Assembly: GCA_024704765.1 (NCBI GenBank)
Contig: JAKMXF010000331.1
Coordinates: forward strand, 1 to 64,000
Direction: 5' to 3'
Source of the DNA: Oopsacas minuta
Taxonomy: Eukaryota > Animalia > Porifera
Length of the DNA stretch: 64,000 bases
The translations under genes were made by a program, and so were the position numbers. The notes under the pieces were generated by a model. It did not search any database. It was not told the DNA's origin and was given only the letters and a program-made list of their open reading frames with translations. Positions 50,428-63,128 of the stretch are shown piece after piece. Every line of letters starts with the position of its first letter. Within the stretch, counting starts at the first letter, position 1.

Positions 50428-53330
50428 CAGGGGTTTACAACCTGGGGATCGCGAAGGCTTTCTAGGTGGGTCGCGAAAAGTTCAGATAATTTATATGACA
50501 TGATTAAAATTTATCTATTAGGCCATATAAAATAATATACCTGTTTATCATCCCCACCCGCCCCTATTTAATATCCCTCCTCGGTAATTATTTTTATTTT
50601 AATACATATCTTTATTTAATGCTTATATTCGTAGATGAGCATCTTCGAAACAAGCTAATTAATTAACACTAGCGCCCTTCACTTGCTAGGTTGCTGGGCA
50701 GTGTGGCTAATCATGTGATTTTTCGAAATCCAAAAAAGGTGGCAATGGCATCATAATTTCGTCAGGTGTAAATTTTCGTCTAAGACTCAAAGCTGTCCGA
50801 GTCAGGCCCAAATACCCCTCCCTGTATGGCAAAATCAGCCCTGTGGTGTGCACTAAATTTTTATTATTATTATTTTTTATCATTATTATTCTATAGAATC
50901 ATAGATTAATCGCGTTTTCCATATACAGTGTAAGCTTAATACGAACACCAATGGACCGTACGGTTAAATTTTATCCACCTTTCTGGAATTCATAAACCGG
51001 AGTAATATCCATTGAAGTACGGTTGTAGAGATCTGATTATGTACGAATATTATTCGTCTTATCAGAAATTCGTATTAACGAGATAGTTTAAATAAATTAG
51101 TAAAATTATGCTAAGCAAAAATAAAAATAAAAAGCCACCTCCCGCCCCTATTTCGCAGGAAAAATGGAAGAGAAACAAGTAATATATTTTACATGGCCTT
51201 AATAAGCCAAAATGGTTTAAATTATTAATTTTTAGCTGAATTTAAAATGCATTGTGGGTGTATTACGTTGCATTGCTTTGTGCAATGAACATGCTATGTA
51301 CGCGCGCAATGTGCTTTCAGCTCATGTACAATGGTTTTAATTACGTGTATATGACATTGTTATTGTATTTCATGACAATACTGGCATCTTATCCATTGGA
51401 ACTTGAGGTGTCTAGACTTAATTTCAACAATAGAAATAATTTCCATACTGATTATACGTGGATAGTTCACAATATAAATATATAAATACTCCAATTAGTT
51501 ATATTCTGTTTACGTATATCCCTTGACATTTCTCATTTTATCTTCGTACTTCAATTTTTACAAATTCCAGCTTTCAAAAAGCACTGTTAAGATGGCTGGA
51601 AAAAGCAACATTAAAAAGCGAACTTACTCCGAAGACTATTTAAAATTTGGATTTATGAGTATCAACAGTCGTGATGGTATAAAGGCACAATGTGTAATTT
51701 GTTTCAAAGTATTGTCAGTAGAATCTATGAAACAATTCCAGCTAAAAAGACATTTTGAAAAGGAACATCCCGATTATGAGGATAAAGTTATTTCTTTCTT
51801 TCAACAAATGGTGGACACTGTAAAGAAGACTAAGCTCGATGCTACTGGTGATTTTCAAACTAGTTCAAAATCAGCTCTAGAAGCCTCTTATATTGTATCA
51901 TTACGGATTGCAAAGCAAAGAAACCTCATACAATTGGAGAAGAATTAATACTTCCATGTACAAAGCCATTGTACGCCTTATGATTGGCACTGATGCAGAG
52001 AGAAAACTTACTAATATATCTTTGTCCGATAACACTGTGCAGCGTCGAATTATGGATCTTTCTGAGGATATTAAGAATCAGGTTGTGGGAGAGATTAAAG
52101 AATCCCCCCCAGGATGATTTAGCCTACAATTGGATGAATCCATAGATGTTGCATCATATGCTCAACTCCTGTTTTCGTAAGGTACATCTATAAATCAGAT
52201 TTTAAAGATGAATTTTTATTTTGTGATCAAATTACTTGCGAACACGTGGAATCGATATTTACAATAAATTAGGTTCCTTTATCGAACGTGAAGGCCTTAA
52301 ATATGAAAACTATTATCTAATTGCACAGATGGTGCTCGAGCAATGCTTGGTTGTCGTTCTGGATTCATGAAGCATATAAAAGAATCTGCACTGTATGTTA
52401 CAGGAAATCACTGTATGATACATAGAGAAGCATTGGCATCAAAAACTTTTTCAGATGCACTGGAATGTGTTTTACGAGTTTCCATCAAAATTGTAAATTG
52501 CATTAAATCAAGTGCTCTGAATACACGGATTTTCCGAAATCTTTGTCTTGATATGGATACGACGACATAACGCTTTTGTACCACACAAAGGTTCGTTGGT
52601 CGCCAAAAGGAAATGTATTTAAGCGTCTTCTTGATTTGCATGTAGAAGTTAAAGATTTTTCAAGTTGCAAAATAAAGAAGACTGGGTAGCACTATTTAAT
52701 AATAATTCTTGGCTCCTGAGCCTCTCTTATCTCGCTGATATCTTCGAAAAGCTAACTGCTTTCTAAAGTATGCTCGACCTGTGGATAAGGAAGATCGAAG
52801 ATGGGAGAATGGACATGTTTTCTAGGGTGACAAATTTGATTGAAATCCATGATTATCGATTACCTGAAGAGTTGAGAGATGCAATTATTTTACACCTCAA
52901 AGTTATGAAGGATGAATATACGCGATATTTCACAGAAATTAGGAAATCAGACTTTAATTTAGTCCAAAACCCTTTTGTTCAAAAATTGGAAGATTGTATT
53001 ACAGATGATCAGGATGACGCCCAAGAAGAATTTATAAATTTGATTAATGACTCGGGAGCAAAGGTTCTGTTTTCAACGATGAGTGTTCAACAGTTTTTGT
53101 GTTCCATGTTACATACCTATCCATTGGTATCACAAATCGAAATTAAGGCACTACTACTATTTCCTTCTACCTACTTAAGTGAAACAGGCTTCTCCAGTCT
53201 ACTAACAATTAAAACGAAAAATTGAAATATATTGAATGTTGAATATGATTTAAGATGCTGTCTTTCTAAAACCGAGGCAAGGATTTCTCAACTTGTTGAA
53301 AAAAACAGTTTCAACCCTCACATTTAGCAT
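50428..53330 (+). mobile_element. Buster/ZBED5-type hAT nested in the Ginger2-like element; transposase 51592-about 53330 decayed; right end missing
   Basis: Left end CAGGGGTTTACAACCTGGGG. BED finger CVIC...LKRHFEKEH, LQLDES, CTDGARAM, HCMIHREALA and STYLSETGFS motifs with many frameshifts. Confidence 0.88.
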
Positions 53331-53399
53331 ATAAATGAAAATTTCATTCATAATTATATATATATGTGTTGAATGTTGTTGTGCCGTATTTGGATAGCG

Positions 53400-54763
53400 G
53401 TTACCTGAGACGAAGGAGCAGATAAAGTTGTTGAAGAAGTAGCTTATGAGGGATCAGGTGACTTATCTTCTTGTATAGGAAGATTTGGAGAAACTGTGGT
53501 CTGGTTACCTGAAGAGACTTGAGAGGGGTCAGATTGCTGATATGCAGCCATTAGGTCGTCTTCGGACACAAAGCGTTCTAGTATTACACTAGGAAGGGAT
53601 CCTGAACGTAGTTCAACTTGTGCATCACGTCCAAACAGGGCCTTGAAAGGGGATAGTTTAATTCGAGAATGGTAACCACTGTTCTTCTGAAACTGCACAA
53701 AACGAAGCCCAGTTGGTCAATCTGTGGAGTTATTGTCACCTAACTAGGCAGTTGGTATGTCTTTGACGTCACAATAAAGTCTCTCAACTGATCCCTGGCT
53801 TTCGGGATGGCGAGGTTCACCATAGACCATAAGTAGATCAGGCCAAATAACCTTCAGTTCAGTGATGACTGATGCTGTAAATTCACTGCCGTTGTCACTT
53901 TGGAGAATTTGAGGGCGCCTAGTAACAAGAAAATGTCAACCAGTTGCCACGCTTAAGTGGTCTTGATAAACCATGATCCAGCGATATGAAACTTTGCACA
54001 TAGACTGCATGTCAATGAGGTCAACCTGAGCACGGGAACCAAAGTCTTTGGACAGAATTGGCTTCACAAAAACACACTTAGTGGTGGAACGCTTACGTTT
54101 TTGTTGACATTGAACACAGAGAGATTTGTAGAGCTCAATGGAGTCGCAAGTGACGTTTGCATATTTGTTCAAAGCTTTAATCATCTTGTCCCGACCGCCA
54201 TGGCCGCATGTAATATGGGCGCGTTTAATGATGTCAAACATATCATCTATGTGAGTAAAATAAACAAGTTCTTGGAGCCTTCACTTTGCTTTCGAATCAA
54301 CTTCTCAACATCGCCACACTGAAAAATTGCGTACCTGTAAAATATACAAAAATATGTCACTTAATCGATGCCAGTAACATAGTACACAACCGTGCTACCG
54401 TAGTGCACAATATTATTGGCATATTTTCCATGTACAGCACAGGAAACCTAAAACATCTTACGTACGTAGGCTCTATACATTTAATAGAGAACTAATTAAG
54501 GGATTGTATAGAACATTTGTTTGACCTGAATCCAAGTAATGCAGCTATGACTCAAGTTTTAATTGTTGAACCAATAATTATTTGTTCGCATACCTGCCAA
54601 TGATATAGTACTGCCTGTTGGACTTCTTCGTGGTGTCAGATGCAACTTTAACCTCTTCAAGCAATAAAAAATACTCGTGTTTGGTCATCAATAATGATTT
54701 GGTCTCAAAGCTTTTTCATTTCAACATCTCCTCACGGAAAGACTGTTCCATAGTGCCCGACAT
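53400..54763 (-). pseudogene. Ginger2-like integrase, two exons (54763-54594 and 54334-about 53400), disrupted
   Basis: ATG 54763; YYIIGR|YAIFQCGDVEKLIRK across a 259-bp GT-AG intron; HHCC finger (H...GHGG...C..C), QVDLID, QSDNGSEF and QGSVER. Confidence 0.9.
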
Positions 54764-57700
54764 CTTTCAGAGTTATGAGAGTGTTCATATTACCTTGCCT
54801 TTTTATACTCCAGAATATTTCACGTTGATAGATGCTTGCCTTTGATTTGTTTTTATTGAGGATAAACTACTTTGAGTCAGGTTTCTCTTATACATTTCAA
54901 TTCTTAAGTAGAGTTGACATATATGTTTTGGAATAACAATAATTGCAAGATTTCCCATAATTCACTACTTTGTTGATTTGAAATTCGTATATGTTTTCAG
55001 TCAATCTGTCAAAAAAACGACCAATGATTCAGTCAATTTGTATATTGGCTGAAAATTCTAGCCAATTTGTTTGTAAATTGCCTAAGTGAATCAGTCAATT
55101 TATAAATTGACTGATTTTATACATTGACTGTAACATAAATAAGTAAACTCAACCTGACGACCTAAGTCCAAAGGTTTTGAAACTAGCAGCTCCTATAGTT
55201 TCTACTCACCTATCCCTTATAATAAAATGTGTATATCAAAGGAATAAACCCAAAATGTTTGAAAAGTGCAAAGCGAGACCAGTTTATTAAAAAGGTTCGA
55301 GATCAGACAAATCAAATTACCGTCCTATTTCCATATTGGCAGCGTTGAGTACAATTATTGGAAGACATTTGTATGATGAAATATATTAGTATAGTTAGTG
55401 GAAACCAACTCTTGTTTCCTTTCAATAAGGTTTTAGAAGTTCCCTTAATCATAAATCGTAGAAAAAGCAACTGTATGTTAATCACAACCAGGCAGAAAGT
55501 TAATAGATTACAAAGGTAAGATTTGTGTATAAATATTGAAGGAGGACGTATGTAAAGAGCAAGTATTATCAAGAACTTTGGTGTACTTGTTGATAGCAGT
55601 TTGGATATTAAAGAACAAATTATTTCATTTCAAATTATAATGCTATCTCAAATAATTAATTACACTTTGCTGCCATTACTGATACTATGTTATAATTGGA
55701 CACGTGAAATCTTCCATTACGTAAAAGGTGCGCCAGTTCTACAATCATTACGCTATCGTGGGAATGTACATATTGATATAAAAGAATCAGGAGTTAAATC
55801 ACCTCTGGCAAGACTTAGATAAATACTTAGTTTGACAAAACTAAGTTCAAAACAAATTTTGAATCAGTATCCTTTAATAAATACCAAATTAATTTTTGCT
55901 ATGTAATCTTGAAAGATATTTAGTTTTAACAAAAATTAGGTTTAAGCTGTTTAGCGAATAAAGCCCTAGTATTGATTGAAGAAACTGGAAGATCCCATGT
56001 CTGAATTTTGGAATACGAGGGGATTTTCGATAAGGGTCAGACAAGTTCGAGTCTTGTACGAAAATCAAACTATGACAAATTAGTAAGTAATTGGCATCTT
56101 TGTGGAATTTCGAAGAATGAAATTATTAGCCACTCCTTAGTACTTCGTAATACAGCACTTACAACTGAGATGTTTGTCATAGCACATGGATGGCGAGTAG
56201 ATGGGCATATTTTGGAATATATGGTCCAAACCAAATTAACTATTTAAGATATGCCCTTTAAATGTGTCACCAAAAACATCTAAATAAGGTAGCCACGCGA
56301 ACGCTGTCACCTCGAAATTGCTATGTCATCATCTGACTACGTAAAAAAATATTTTTGGAAGACTTGAAGTAGATTTCGATGAGGGCTTTAGTTAATAAGT
56401 AAGTTAGATTTTCGAGATATAATTGGTATCACTAAATCATCAAGTTGTAACAAAAAGGGAATTTTTTGATAGAATGATGACACATTCCTCTGTTGCTATG
56501 CAAATGTACATGATCAGATTAAAGCGATATCTGGAAAAATATAGATGATGGTCTTTTACTTTTGTCACTAAAATATAACTTACTCATTACAGTGTTAAAA
56601 ACAGCACCAAAATCTACCCCAAATCCCACAGAAATATCTTATAAGATAGTTAGATGATGACATAGCAACTTTTTGAGAAGACAAGCGTGTCCGCGGTTAC
56701 CGTATTTAGATGTGCTGGCAATACATTTATGAAACATATCTTAAATAGCTTATCTGTTTGGACCATACATTCGAAAATATAGCCATTTACTCACCATCTA
56801 TAGTCAATAATAGTAGCAAGTCCTGTACTACGAATAAGTCATTATACATGTTAGATCATATAAAATTCAATCACATGTGCCCCTCAATATGCCAAGCGTC
56901 CTACGTCATGCTTTTGACCAAATGAAAAATCATTATGGAATTATTACGTCATCATGACTGTAGAAAAATCTAAATTTTCTCAATTTTGAGAATTTCTTAA
57001 CACCCGAGGTACGAAGTCATGTGATTACTCACCAAAGCTACGTAGAAGCTAGAGTGTGGAAAGCCATTAATTATAATTTGGATGGACAATGGATGAAATC
57101 CAATATTAAATGCACCTATTCTGTTATTCAAATATTCATACATTGTACGTATAAAATCGCCAGCTCTTAGTTTACCTTCGTTTCAAAATTAGATGTTTGA
57201 CTATTCTAAATCAAGGTTCTGCACTTGCATTATTAGTCTTACACAGGTTTTCATCGCTCCTAGACAGCATAATTCCTGTCCAAAGAGGTAGAATTGGCAT
57301 ATAATATGTTAGCCGATATTCTAAACTTCTAGAGAATAACATGGATTTGATCGATTGCCTTTGTGAATTACATGATGTGTGCAATTATTTTCTCAGAGTA
57401 TCGAAATGTCTACTAAATGGAGACTTACAACAATAAGTGGTAGGATTCTATTTTCTATCAATATAAAGTTCAAAGGTTCCTACGTTTTCTAGCTATAATT
57501 CTATTTTACCGGTCACAATAGCGAGCTCTACTGAACTACAACTAACAATTTCGTTTTAATGCTCAACAGATAAAACATTACACAGTAATATGAAGAGTTG
57601 ATTAATTTCTCTCATCGTAATACTTCTCAAAATTGCAGCAAAGACATACAGTATTAGTTGTTTGAGAATTTTATCGATTCTGAATGTTTTTGTCAAATTA

Positions 57701-57947
57701 TGACTCAACATGTGTATTATATGAGCAGAACACAAATGAACAACAGTTAAGAAATCCACATCAACCGATCTTTCGTCTGAATTCACATTTTCTCAACAAC
57801 TCCCAAAATACCCTAAAATATTAATTGTATTAAATGCAATACATGTGCTATGAATTAATGCCTAACTGTAATATATTTCCATTCTTGTTATGAATAATTC
57901 TTTGTGTAGAACTAACTTTAAATCAAGTACCATTTGTTAAGGAAGTG

Positions 57948-60100
57948 CACAGTGTGCCAAAATTGCCATAATGGCGTATTAGGGTAACCATTAAAACGAA
58001 GCATGTTTTATGTGGTCTATATAGTAAATCGACACCGTAAATTTCAAAAATTTCATTTAAATTTTCCGTAGTATTACCACAATTGGGAATATGACGTCAT
58101 TTAGGTGATTTCATTATTTTAACATTCATGGTTCAATAATATTATTTGTTATTTCTATTATTGAATTAATGGTATAAAGTCAAGTTTCCTATTAGAAGGA
58201 TTATAACATATATATATATATAACTAGCTATTATATAATAATGAACCAGAGGTGTAGTTTTTCCCTTTACTACATATTTGAGGGATTATACCTTGTGGAA
58301 AACTGTTACTAAATATATAAACTCAATCTCTAATATTCTTTAATTAATTATCATTCTCCAACACTATGCTATTATATAAGATATCTTGGAGGCTATTTGG
58401 ATCATTTGCACTAGAATTCCTCGTTTTGGTGGATGTAAAACGATACTACACTAATAGGGGATCACTACAATACAGAAGGCGAACTAGAATATCTCCTACA
58501 TTGTCAGAGAATGATGTTTTTCTGGCAAGATTTTACCGATACCGCCTCACGAACTTATTACAAGCTTCTAAACATTGTTCTGATAAATTCTGTAATCTCC
58601 TGCCATTATTATATTCTCCAATAATCTTGAAAGAATGGGAAAGTAGCTTGTGTAAAGAGGGGGTGATGTTCGCCCATGGAAACTGAACTAAGATGTATTC
58701 ATACGTTTCTTTACACAATTCTTCCATTTTGCTACAATTAATTAAGTTACCGCTGTTCACAAGTCGTAACACCACGGATAGATTAGTCTGGATCTTCTCT
58801 AATAAGGGTTTATCAGATAGATTAATCGAGGAAGTCGCCCATTTAAAAAAGTCTCGCTTATCCAAAAAGCAATCACGTGTAATGTTCCCAGTAGTTGATG
58901 TACCGCCCTGACTCGAAGGAATATCCACACTGAAACTACACTTCTCTAGAAGAATTGCTCGAATCCGCCTCATAGATGCATTTACTTTGTGATTAGATGG
59001 TGACCATACCTTGTGACCCGCATCAAGATGGTATATTAATAACATATACCACCAGAATACACATAGGTACGCATGCAAAGGGAAGGCAGCAATTATATTG
59101 ATGTCAGATGTGGGTTTGTGAGCTATACCCAAGTGTTGTTTGGATGGGAGTTTGAAGAAGTTATCCTCATTAACATCATCAAAGAGTTGCCAAGCATCGC
59201 TAATTAACCTGTTTATGGGGAATCCAGAACGAACCCAGTCGCAGTATATGAATGGAAGGTCAAATTCTCCCAGGTCTCAAGATCACTCTTCTTCCGGTAA
59301 TACTCTCTGGATAATATAAGGGACTTGAACTTATATAGAATAGTATCATGTTCTTCCTGTGAAATATTATTATCATCAATAAGATACTGCGCAGTGGCTT
59401 TAGGGCTTTTGCCCATTGAAATATAGCTAACATATGCTTTTTTGTTGATCACAACAGAGGCCATTACTTCACTAGGAGCTATTATTAAACAGAAAAGATT
59501 AAAATTATTTTCGTGCATCATCTAAATTTACAGGAGGGCAAGAATATATAGAATTTACTTGAATTTCAAAAAAATTCTAAAAATACATTTTCCGATTTTT
59601 TTGTCCGGTCCAAGGTGCACGTCTGAAAACTGGTGTATAATTTCAAAAATTTAAGCACTATAAGCGATTAACAATAAATTATCGTCCTCTTTTGTCACCT
59701 GATAGATGCTGCACTCCAAACACTATATTAAAGCTAAAATATTTCACTCCAGGCCTTTAAAACTAGACAGCCCACAAAGTTTTTTGGAAACAATCATACT
59801 TATAATAATTGCATAAACTGATCTAATATAAGAAATACGTCAAATTGATGATTAACTACAAACGTTATACAGTATATATTTGAAAGAAATTGTTGCTAAG
59901 GTAGTTAGGTATTTACTATTGCGGTTAGCTATTTAAAATAATCTAAAATATGCTTATTTTAGCTCGGTGTAATCGAAATTCCTATGGGTCATACATACGA
60001 TCATCAATATTTTCCTACTAATTCGACGATGGAGATTCATAAAAACGTAGTTAAATTCGTAATTGAAATTTTGCCTAATACGCCATATCGACACACTGTG
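57948..60100 (-). mobile_element. Transib-family transposon (2153 bp), internally deleted, RSS-like CACAGTG ends, 5-bp TSD
   Basis: AAGTG at 57943-57947 and 60101-60105; CACAGTGTG at both ends; encodes a RAG1/Transib-like C-terminal core. Confidence 0.92.
58344..59521 (-). pseudogene. Transib/RAG1-like transposase remnant (N-terminal piece fused to the C-terminal core)
   Basis: GFPINRL, LGIAHKP...PLH, GGTSTTGN, ITPSLHKLLSH (Zn-binding His pair), LSEQCLEACNKFVRRYR (catalytic Glu), then *NLARKTSFSDN...DILVRL...SDP. No motifs for the first two catalytic Asp were found. Confidence 0.88.
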
Positions 60101-61950
60101 AAGTGGGTTATCTCAGGAGTTCCTTGGTCCGAACTTATCATTTCTGCTACAAGGATAGGTGTAATTTGGTAGTCGGGATGTTGTAGAGTTAAAGCATAAT
60201 AATAAATATAATTTGTGCAAAACTGAGGTTAAGGTATAATGGAAACTGCAGCATCTAAATGCAAAATTACATCATTAGCTAAATATTTCAACACCTTTAT
60301 CTGCCTCTTCATATATAGATGCATAATGAAGGGTTCCTTAACAAAATATTGAATGTTACCAGGTATTGGCTTTTCACTAAGTAAGTCACGATAATATTCT
60401 TGATTAACAGAAATATCTGTAATTAGATCATTAGATATCCTATTAGATGATATAGCTTCAGTATTGATCTGTCTCAACCATTCTTGAGACCTCAAGTTAG
60501 AAATTATCTCTACAATATTCCATTGACCTACAGTGACAGTTGAACTGTATATGAAAAATATTTGTGACAGACGTGTGCTGAAGACTTTGTCCATAAATTT
60601 TTCACAAACTACCAGATATATGACGTGCATGTACAGTCTCTACATAAAATGTTGCAAGGAGAGTGAACCACTTACTACATATTGTATTGTGATTGTATTC
60701 GTAATTACAAGCTCGTCAACACAAAGCTCAAATTTGTAACAATTATAAAACTTGCACTCAGCAGATGCTCGAAAGTAGGGTGCATTTTTTTGCGACTGGA
60801 AGCATTTGTAAACCAATAATTGTAATTTTGAGGCCACACGCTGGATATATTTTGGATATTTTTAATGCTCAACGCAGCTGTCCAATCCCTATTCAACCTT
60901 TCTCTACCTTGAAAATCTATTAAATGAATACTATCCCATTCACTAATCTCAAAAGAAATTCTCCATTTACGTTCGACTCTGGTGTCATTATAAATTCATC
61001 AGAGTTATCAGATAAAGGGAATTATTTGGTCATTAACTGTATTTGTAATAATATTGTTGCACTTGATAGGATCATCAGCTTCAAAATCCTCATCAACAGG
61101 AAAATGAGGAGTATTTTCAGGGTTAGCGGTTGGGGACAATTCGGGGAAAATTTCTATTCCGCATTTTCTAGCATTAACGCAATTAGTATAGACAGCTTTA
61201 AATGTCTCAATAACAAAAATACATGAAATCTGGTCCCGAAATTTGACTACCCAATGAATAAAATATCCTCATTTGTTCTTTGGTCAGAAGCAAGTACTTA
61301 TTCTCAAACAAAATAGTTGATTTACAATCAATTTTATGTAGAAGTATCCACATTAGCGAGAAGGTTGTCTGCTCAATGACTTGATGTTCATACTAACTCT
61401 TTGGAAATGTATTTACGAATGAACTACACTGTACAAATTCAATACTTTCAAATTCCAAAGATTTTTGTAAGAATTTGGACTCCGATAACGGTAAAGTTGC
61501 AACCATCAATCCATAACTGAGCCTGGTGATTGTTGTAGTAATAATATTAGACTAAACTACCACTATCATTACATCCGAAAAGGTCGATACTGTATCGCTC
61601 ATCTCTCAAATCATAGTAATGAGATGGGTTAGATGCCGCAGAAGACCAATTGCCATTAGCCTATCATCTAACAGATCATGTTCAATTGAAACCCAACATA
61701 TTCCCTCATGATTATCATGAAAAGAAGATGCAATTCCAGGCAATGGGTAATACTTGGATAAATTGTGGCAGTTTGAAGAGATGGTGAATCCTCTATAGAG
61801 AAAGATTCGAAACTATAACTCACAATCAATGATTTTTGTTATACTTTAAGGTAATGATGGACATGGAGAAAGCGATTTACATGCCATGAAATCTATATAT
61901 AGCTGAGGCGAGACTGATGGATCGATTACCCCCTCAATTAATACACGGAT

Positions 61951-63128
61951 CACAGTGTGACAAAATGGCCATAATGGGGAAATAGGTAAATGAATCTGTA
62001 TTATCACCACAATTATACTTACATATACTAAATCGACACTGTAGATTTCAAAAATACCAATGATTTTTTAGTAGCACGACTATAAACCTAGTTATGACGT
62101 AATTACTGACATTTTCTAATTTTTAACACTTGTGGTTCATTAGTGGATATTATGAAAGTTGATAATACATGCATGCCATGGTCTCTATTCTGCTATTTGA
62201 TAACGTACAATTTAAAGACCCNNNNNNNNNNNNNNNNNNNNNNNNNNNNNNNNNNNNNNNNNNNNNNNNNNNNNNNNNNNNNNNNNNNNNNNNNNNNNNN
62301 NNNNNNNNNNNNNNNNNNNNNNNNNNNNNNNNNNNNNNNNNNNNNNNNNNNNNNNNNNNNNNNNNNNNNNNNNNNNNNNNNNNNNNNNNNNNNNNNNNNN
62401 NNNNNNNNNNNNNNNNNNNNNNNNNNNNNNNNNNNNNNNNNNNNNNNNNNNNNNNNNNNNNNNNNNNNNNNNNNNNNNNNNNNNNNNNNNNNNNNNNNNN
62501 NNNNNNNNNNNNNNNNNNNNNNNNNNNNNNNNNNNNNNNNNNNNNNNNNNNNNNNNNNNNNNNNNNNNNNNNNNNNNNNNNNNNNNNNNNNNNNNNNNNN
62601 NNNNNNNNNNNNNNNNNNNNNNNNNNNNNNNNNNNNNNNNNNNNNNNNNNNNNNNNNNNNNNNNNNNNNNNNNNNNNNNNNNNNNNNNNNNNNNNNNNNN
62701 NNNNNNNNNNNNNNNNNNNNNNAAACAAGAGATGCTACACTTCAATCAATGAGAAAAAATTCCAAATTATAACTTTGGGAGGGCCAAACTAGACACCCGG
62801 AAAAAAGTACAAATGAATATCTAGACTAACCTATCAATGATTAAATTGTTGTTACAATATAGATTTATTATCAGAAGATGTTTTTCACTCTTATATTTAA
62901 TATTTACATCAAATATGATTACATACATTAGGGCATAGGAATTTGAGGTTTGAAAATATATATTTCTATTATTAGAAACACATAACAAAGTTGTGCGTAG
63001 TTAGGATTCCTAACTGCTTCTAATGCTGCCAATGATATTTTCGTACTAATTGAACTATGGAGAATTCGAAAAATGCATTGAAATATGTTTTTTAAAATAT
63101 GCCTATTTCCCCATATTGGCACACTGTG
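61951..63128. mobile_element. Second, non-autonomous Transib-family element spanning an assembly gap
   Basis: CGGAT at 61946-61950 and 63129-63133; CACAGTGTG ends; subterminal sequence homologous to the 57948 element. Confidence 0.9.
62222..62722. other. Assembly gap (501 N)
   Basis: Run of N. Confidence 1.

Larger units (their letters stand above)
50345..55135 (-). mobile_element. Ginger2-like (KRBA2/SCAND3-type integrase) DNA transposon with TGT...ACA ends and 6-bp TSD
   Basis: TIR TGTTACAGTCAATGTATAAAATCAGTCAATTT at both ends; TAAATA at 50339-50344 and 55136-55141. Confidence 0.88.
50115..55700 (+). mobile_element. CR1/L2-type non-LTR retrotransposon ORF2 remnant, split by the Ginger2-like insertion (pieces 50115-50344 and 55136-55700)
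   Basis: TDPSKISNTFND*F and FKPLNKEAV left of the insertion; PDDLSPKVLKLAAP, NYRPISIL and KSNCMLITTRQK...FGVLVDSSL to the right. Confidence 0.8.
57090..61250 (-). pseudogene. Decayed NOF/Foldback-type MULE transposase (copy A), interrupted by a Transib element
   Basis: In order: RDWTA, AECKF..C, LHLDAA (first Asp), EI[Y]YS*AL (second Asp mutated), HLCSAH (CxxH), YMPILPLWTG, TNNASAE (Glu), LRAGDFIR. The reading ITH|FLNKW is continuous across the AAGTG TSD. Confidence 0.75.

Noticed and set aside
62143-62792. Long ORFs of 177-209 aa
   Set aside because: Artefacts of translating through the N gap.
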